Of a DNA stretch of 64,000 nt, positions 60,012 through 64,000 are shown piece by piece; position 1 is the stretch's first letter; each line of letters begins with the position of its first letter. Both the position numbers and the translations under genes were made by a program. The DNA is taken from the NCBI GenBank assembly GCA_965242695.1, contig CBDESU010000001.1, positions 1,472,001 to 1,536,000 of the forward strand. Direction: 5' to 3'. A model generated the notes under the pieces. It was given only the letters and a program-made list of their open reading frames with translations, was not told where the DNA came from and ran no database searches. The DNA is from Cenarchaeum sp. Its GTDB lineage: Archaea; Thermoproteota; Nitrososphaeria; Nitrososphaerales; Nitrosopumilaceae.

Positions 60012-61070
60012 GTGCCGCACGCAGCGCGGATCGCCTTGCAGTCTCGGACGGCGGCAACCCATATACTCGCGCGCAGGCGCCGCGCGCCACTGACCGCCCT
60101 CATGCACGGGCCGCTGTTCGGCCCCGTCCGCGCGTACCTGTCCGGAAACGACACGGGCCGCGGCATGACGTACGTCTTCTCGCCGCACATAGAGGCGCCC
60201 GTCCTGGAAAGGCTGGCAAAGGGGCTGCGCAACCCGCTCGTCGTCGTCACCACATGGGATCCCGCCGACATCCTCGCGGGCGCATCGGATATCGGGGCGT
60301 ACCGCGTATGCAGGGATGCGGGGGCCGCGCTGTACGTGTCCGACCGCCTGCACTTCACCCTCTACTCGGCGGGCCTGTCGACGGCGATCGTCTCGACGGC
60401 CGAGGCGACCGAGGACGGCATGGCGCCTGGCGGGACCCTGGACATGTCGACGGCCGTCGAGCCGCTGTCGGCCGGCGACCGCCTGTTCATCGAGGGCATA
60501 CGCCGCGGCGCGCGGCTGGTAGACGACTATGCGCACGGGGCGCTCGCCGAGTGGGCGTCCCGCGCTGGCGCCGCGGGCGGGAGGAGTGGGCGGGATGCGC
60601 CCTCGCTGGCCGACCTCGCCCCCCTGCCGGCGCCGGGCGCAAGGCCGTTCCTAGCATCCGACCTGCCGATGACGGCGACCGTCAAGGACCTGGAGACCGC
60701 CTACAGGAGGATAGTGTCGGGCCGCGAGGCGGCGCGCGACGAGGCCGACGCCGCATGCGCGTTCCACGACCTGGCAAACTACATGGTCGGCCCCGACCTT
60801 TCGAAGGGCGGATTTCGGGAGGAGCTTGCAAGGAGGTTCTTTGATCATCCCCTCACGGCGGCTGCGGCAAGGGCAATCGGCGCGGGCTCGGACCTGGACA
60901 AGGTCCACGAGTGGGTCGGGTCGAGCTGCGAGCCCGTCCCCGTGCCGAGCGCGCTCGGCCCCGAGGGTCGCACGCGCGTCCTGCTCGAGTGGATGGCCGA
61001 GCTCGGCGGCGGCGCGTACCGGCTCGACGCCTCGGGTGGCGGCCCCGTGCGGATTGCGGCGGCGCGGTGA
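60012..61070 (+). CDS. PLD-like domain protein with degenerate active site
   Basis: FSPHI..TTW...DILAGASD..LHFTLY..STAEAT (cf. LHAKxY..GSANLT). Confidence 0.65.
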   Translation: MPHAARIALQSRTAATHILARRRRAPLTALMHGPLFGPVRAYLSGNDTGRGMTYVFSPHIEAPVLERLAKGLRNPLVVVTTWDPADILAGASDIGAYRVCRDAGAALYVSDRLHFTLYSAGLSTAIVSTAEATEDGMAPGGTLDMSTAVEPLSAGDRLFIEGIRRGARLVDDYAHGALAEWASRAGAAGGRSGRDAPSLADLAPLPAPGARPFLASDLPMTATVKDLETAYRRIVSGREAARDEADAACAFHDLANYMVGPDLSKGGFREELARRFFDHPLTAAAARAIGAGSDLDKVHEWVGSSCEPVPVPSALGPEGRTRVLLEWMAELGGGAYRLDASGGGPVRIAAAR

Positions 61071-61161
61071 GCCGGTCCCGCCGCCCGGGCTCGGCGGGCC
61101 CGCATGGGGCGCATGCGCCCCGCGCGGCACGGTTTATTTATCGAGTGGCGGCCGGACGGCC

Positions 61162-61599
61162 ATGGCGGTGGAAAAGTACATTGCCGCGGCCGGCCTGGGG
61201 CTGTTTGCGATGTTTGCCGGCGAGATCATCACCGTATACAACTTCATGCAGGACGAGCCGGTGCAGGCCGGCGCGTTCATACTCGAGCCCGACCCCAAGA
61301 TACTCCAGTTCATCTCGATCGGCGCCGCGCCGGCCCTCGTCATGGCCGGCGTCTCGTTCATGATGGCGCGCCGGTACGGCTCGCGCCCGATAGGGGCCAT
61401 GATAATCGGCGGCGGCGGCATCATGCTGGCCGGCATGGCCGTCGCCCACTCGATGATCGACGGGATAGACCCCGTGTACGAGAGCGAGTTTGTCCCCATT
61501 GTGACGCCGCTGTTCATGGCCGCATCGGTGCCGGTAATGGCCGTCGGCGCGGCGCTGCTGCGCACGCGCGCCCGCCGGCCCAAGAAGGAGTACGTCTAG
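61162..61599 (+). CDS. conserved membrane protein (4 TM)
   Basis: hydrophobic helices, PKILQFISIGAAPA; TATA tttattta at ~61133. Confidence 0.8.
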   Translation: MAVEKYIAAAGLGLFAMFAGEIITVYNFMQDEPVQAGAFILEPDPKILQFISIGAAPALVMAGVSFMMARRYGSRPIGAMIIGGGGIMLAGMAVAHSMIDGIDPVYESEFVPIVTPLFMAASVPVMAVGAALLRTRARRPKKEYV

Positions 61600-62020
61600 G
61601 ACACGCGGCGGGCCGAGTCGCTGTGTGTGCCCCGTGTTGGCCCGGCGAAGGCTGGCAGCGGGCTGCCACATGGCGCCAGAAACGGGCGCCTTTCGGGAGC
61701 AGGGTTCGTCGGGGCGGGCCGGCACCTCCCGCTTGCGGATGGGATCCAATGCCGGGATCCGGATACGCGCCGGCTAGGCTGTGCTAGCCTGCGCTGCTTC
61801 CGGTCTCGCTTGCCGGCACGGCCGGCGCCTCGACGCGGGTGCCCGTGCGGCCGTCGCATTTCCCGAGAGCATGCGCCCGCGCGGCAGCAATACCGCGGCC
61901 GCACCTCCTATGGAGGGGGCAGGGAATCGCCCCGTGCGGCAGGGTGCACTATCCAGCCGCCTGCACCTCTTCCGCGGCGGCGGCCGCCGTTTCGCGCGCT
62001 ACGCCCGTGCCGCGGCCTGC

Positions 62021-62284
62021 CTAGTCTGGGAGCCCGTATGCGATCTTTATTATTAGCGACTCCCTCATGGACACAGGCTCTATCGGCTCGTCCAGCTTGA
62101 ATCCCTTCTTGTCTAGCTTGACAAGCTGGCCGCCGTCGTGCCGGCTGGAGTCTATGATCGTCTGGGCCATCGCAAGATCTACGGCGTTCGTATCTAGCGC
62201 CAGTCCGGGGCCGTGTTCCATCCGGACAATCTCTTCTGGCCGGGATTCCGTCAAATCAGCCCCGCCCTCGACATGTCGTCCCAC
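62021..62284 (-). CDS. small hypothetical protein, possibly truncated PIN-like
   Basis: LALDTNA motif; overlaps upstream gene. Confidence 0.35.
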   Translation of the reverse strand: MGRHVEGGADLTESRPEEIVRMEHGPGLALDTNAVDLAMAQTIIDSSRHDGGQLVKLDKKGFKLDEPIEPVSMRESLIIKIAYGLPD

Positions 62285-62730
62285 GCCTGCTCCACCTGCC
62301 CCGCCGTGAACTCGGGCCGTTTTTCTTCGACCTTTTTCTTTATGCGATCGTCGGGGTCGCCCACTCCGCTGTGTTTGAGGTGGTGCAGGGATGCGGCGAT
62401 CTCCAGGTATGCCGCACCCCTGCCGCGCACAAACGAGCAGAACCTGTCGAACAGCTCGTTGGCCCTATAGGTCGTGAACGGCTTTCCGCCTTCGGGTATC
62501 CGGTCGTACACGCCGCGCAGGTCAAAGCCGTCCATGGCCACCAACGAGCAATACGGGCCGCGCATGTACCACCCAAACTCGTAGCCGCGGTTTATGCCAA
62601 ACGCCTGCAGGAAATAGACCGTTTTTTGAAGCCGCATGCGATCGTCGAACCTGTCCACCGAGAACTTGTAGTCAGGTATATGCTTGAGGATGTAGCCCAG
62701 CTCTACGGCGCTGCGGTTTGTGTTGAACAT
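62251..62730 (-). CDS. YwgA/Panacea(SocA)-like winged-helix antitoxin-type protein
   Basis: RLQKTVYFLQ..G....YEFGWYMRGPYC..LEIAASLHHL. Confidence 0.7.
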   Translation of the reverse strand: MFNTNRSAVELGYILKHIPDYKFSVDRFDDRMRLQKTVYFLQAFGINRGYEFGWYMRGPYCSLVAMDGFDLRGVYDRIPEGGKPFTTYRANELFDRFCSFVRGRGAAYLEIAASLHHLKHSGVGDPDDRIKKKVEEKRPEFTAGQVEQAWDDMSRAGLI

Positions 62731-63024
62731 GCCTACCACATCCTCACATGCGCCCGGGCGGGCGCTGGCACGGGGGCGGCACCTGCATTGTCCGGACAAC
62801 GCGGCGGGGGATAATAAGCGCAGCGCGTATAGGCGCGGGCCCAGGCGCCCGCGTGCCGCGGGCGCATTGCAAGCGATGCTAGACCCTGCCGCCCCGATGA
62901 GCTGCACCCATGGCGGCACGGTCGGCAGCCGCACATGGGAGGGCCGCCTGCGGGTCCATCCGAGTGCCGCACGGCTGGAGGAGTGGATCTGCAGGGTGTG
63001 CCGTAACGAAGGTGTCGGTGCGGG

Positions 63025-63564
63025 CTACGCCAGGCCGCCTGCGCGCCGCCTGCGCGCCGCATTCTTGGCCTGACCCTGCGCCCCGCCCCCTGCATGGTCG
63101 TACCTCATCTCGCTTGCGTGCCGCGCGAACCCGATCCCCTCGTAGAACGGCCGGACATCCTCGGCGCAGTCCAGGATGGTCTTGTAGCACCCGCGCCGCC
63201 CGGCCTCCTCAAGGCACGCCCTGACAAGGGCCGCGCCGATGCCGCGCCCCTGCGCCCGACCGAGCACCGACACGTCCTCTATGTGGCCCACGCGGCTGCC
63301 GCCGTGTATCAGCTTTGGCTCGACGAGGAGGGTCGACGCACCGACCACCCGGTCCCCCTGCCCCCCGTCCTCCTCGACGGCGACCATGACGACATGGTTC
63401 GGGTTGGCCGCAATCTCTGCCATCGCGTCCCGCACGGGGCCGCGAGGCGCCGAGGCGGCGCCGGGGCTTAGGCTCTCTAGCGCCTCGGGCAGGCCGCGGT
63501 CGACGTCGGCCGGCGCGGCGGGGCGCACGGCAAAGGGCGCCCCTCCGCCCCCGCTGGAACCCAA
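63025..63564 (-). CDS. GNAT acetyltransferase (glucosamine-6-phosphate N-acetyltransferase-like)
   Basis: EPKLIHGGSRVGHIEDV, QGRGIG, GCYKTILDC, FYE..GF. Confidence 0.88.
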   Translation of the reverse strand: MGSSGGGGAPFAVRPAAPADVDRGLPEALESLSPGAASAPRGPVRDAMAEIAANPNHVVMVAVEEDGGQGDRVVGASTLLVEPKLIHGGSRVGHIEDVSVLGRAQGRGIGAALVRACLEEAGRRGCYKTILDCAEDVRPFYEGIGFARHASEMRYDHAGGGAQGQAKNAARRRRAGGLA

Positions 63565-63567
63565 GCG

Positions 63568-64000
63568 TCACACCCTCCCGAGCTTTTCGACAAAGTGCTG
63601 GTGCGCCCTCTTGTACGACGCGCGGTCGCCGATGTCCATGAACCCCCTCTTCGTCACGTAGCTTGCCACCTTCCTGCCGTCGGCTATGGCCGATCGGACG
63701 ACGTCGTCCATGCCGTACGGCCTGCCCTCGGGTATGTACCCGAACACGCCGGGGTCGAATATGTAGCAGCCCATGTTTATCTTGGCGCGTATCTCGGGCT
63801 TTTCGTTCCACTCGGTGACGCGCCCTCCCCTGCCGGTCTCGATCACGCCGTACGGCAGGTTGGTCGAGTAGTCGTGCAGGCTTATCGTAGCGAACGGGCC
63901 GTCGCGGCGGTGCTGCCGGGCCATCGCGCGCAGCCCGAACCCGTATATCGAGTCGCCGTACATGCAGACGAACGGCGAGTCGCTCCGGCCGCCGACGAGC
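63568..64000 (-). CDS. sugar-phosphate nucleotidyltransferase (partial, runs off window)
   Basis: MYGD, YGVI, EKP, INMGCY, DIG. Confidence 0.85.
   Translation of the reverse strand, partial: LVGGRSDSPFVCMYGDSIYGFGLRAMARQHRRDGPFATISLHDYSTNLPYGVIETGRGGRVTEWNEKPEIRAKINMGCYIFDPGVFGYIPEGRPYGMDDVVRSAIADGRKVASYVTKRGFMDIGDRASYKRAHQHFVEKLGRV

Overview
GC-rich archaeal DNA, most likely Nitrososphaerota (Nitrosopumilaceae/Cenarchaeum-like). This is inferred from archaeal TATA boxes, a DRG GTPase, the ilvB-ilvH-leuA-leuB block and a thaumarchaeal-type membrane protein. Bases ~950-35100 form a ~34-kb defence island with TWO divergent DNA phosphorothioation (PT) clusters facing each other. Cluster 1 (+) is dndB-C-D-E-A, a PUA/EVE-like+HNH nuclease, a pbeA-like helicase, pbeBCD-like genes and an uncharacterised ~695-aa wHTH/REase-like/KOW/SWIM protein (X), which converges on a Zn-finger + HNH-associated-repeat protein (Y). 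The X/Y pair is duplicated, with pseudogene debris (MORC-type GHKL ATPase, pbeD fragment) between the copies. Cluster 2 (-) is dndB-C-D-E-A. Its dndD is frameshifted at a G12 tract, and dndD/dndE appear to have near-cognate starts. Divergent from it lie a second pbeBCD-like set with no pbeA, a low-GC DUF262-DUF1524 (GmrSD/SspE-like) nuclease and a stand-alone DUF262 gene. The rest is mostly housekeeping (ilvB, ilvH, leuA, leuB, bioA, livG/livF-type ATPases, argS, HAD phosphatase, DRG GTPase, GNAT, nucleotidyltransferase). Interspersed are a duplicated hypothetical+PIN module, transposase-derived genes fused to basic repeats, a GCGATCGC-rich 190-bp tandem repeat and a Zn-ribbon/AT-hook protein. 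No rRNA, tRNA or CRISPR array was recognised. All family calls come from motif recognition by eye, not database searches.
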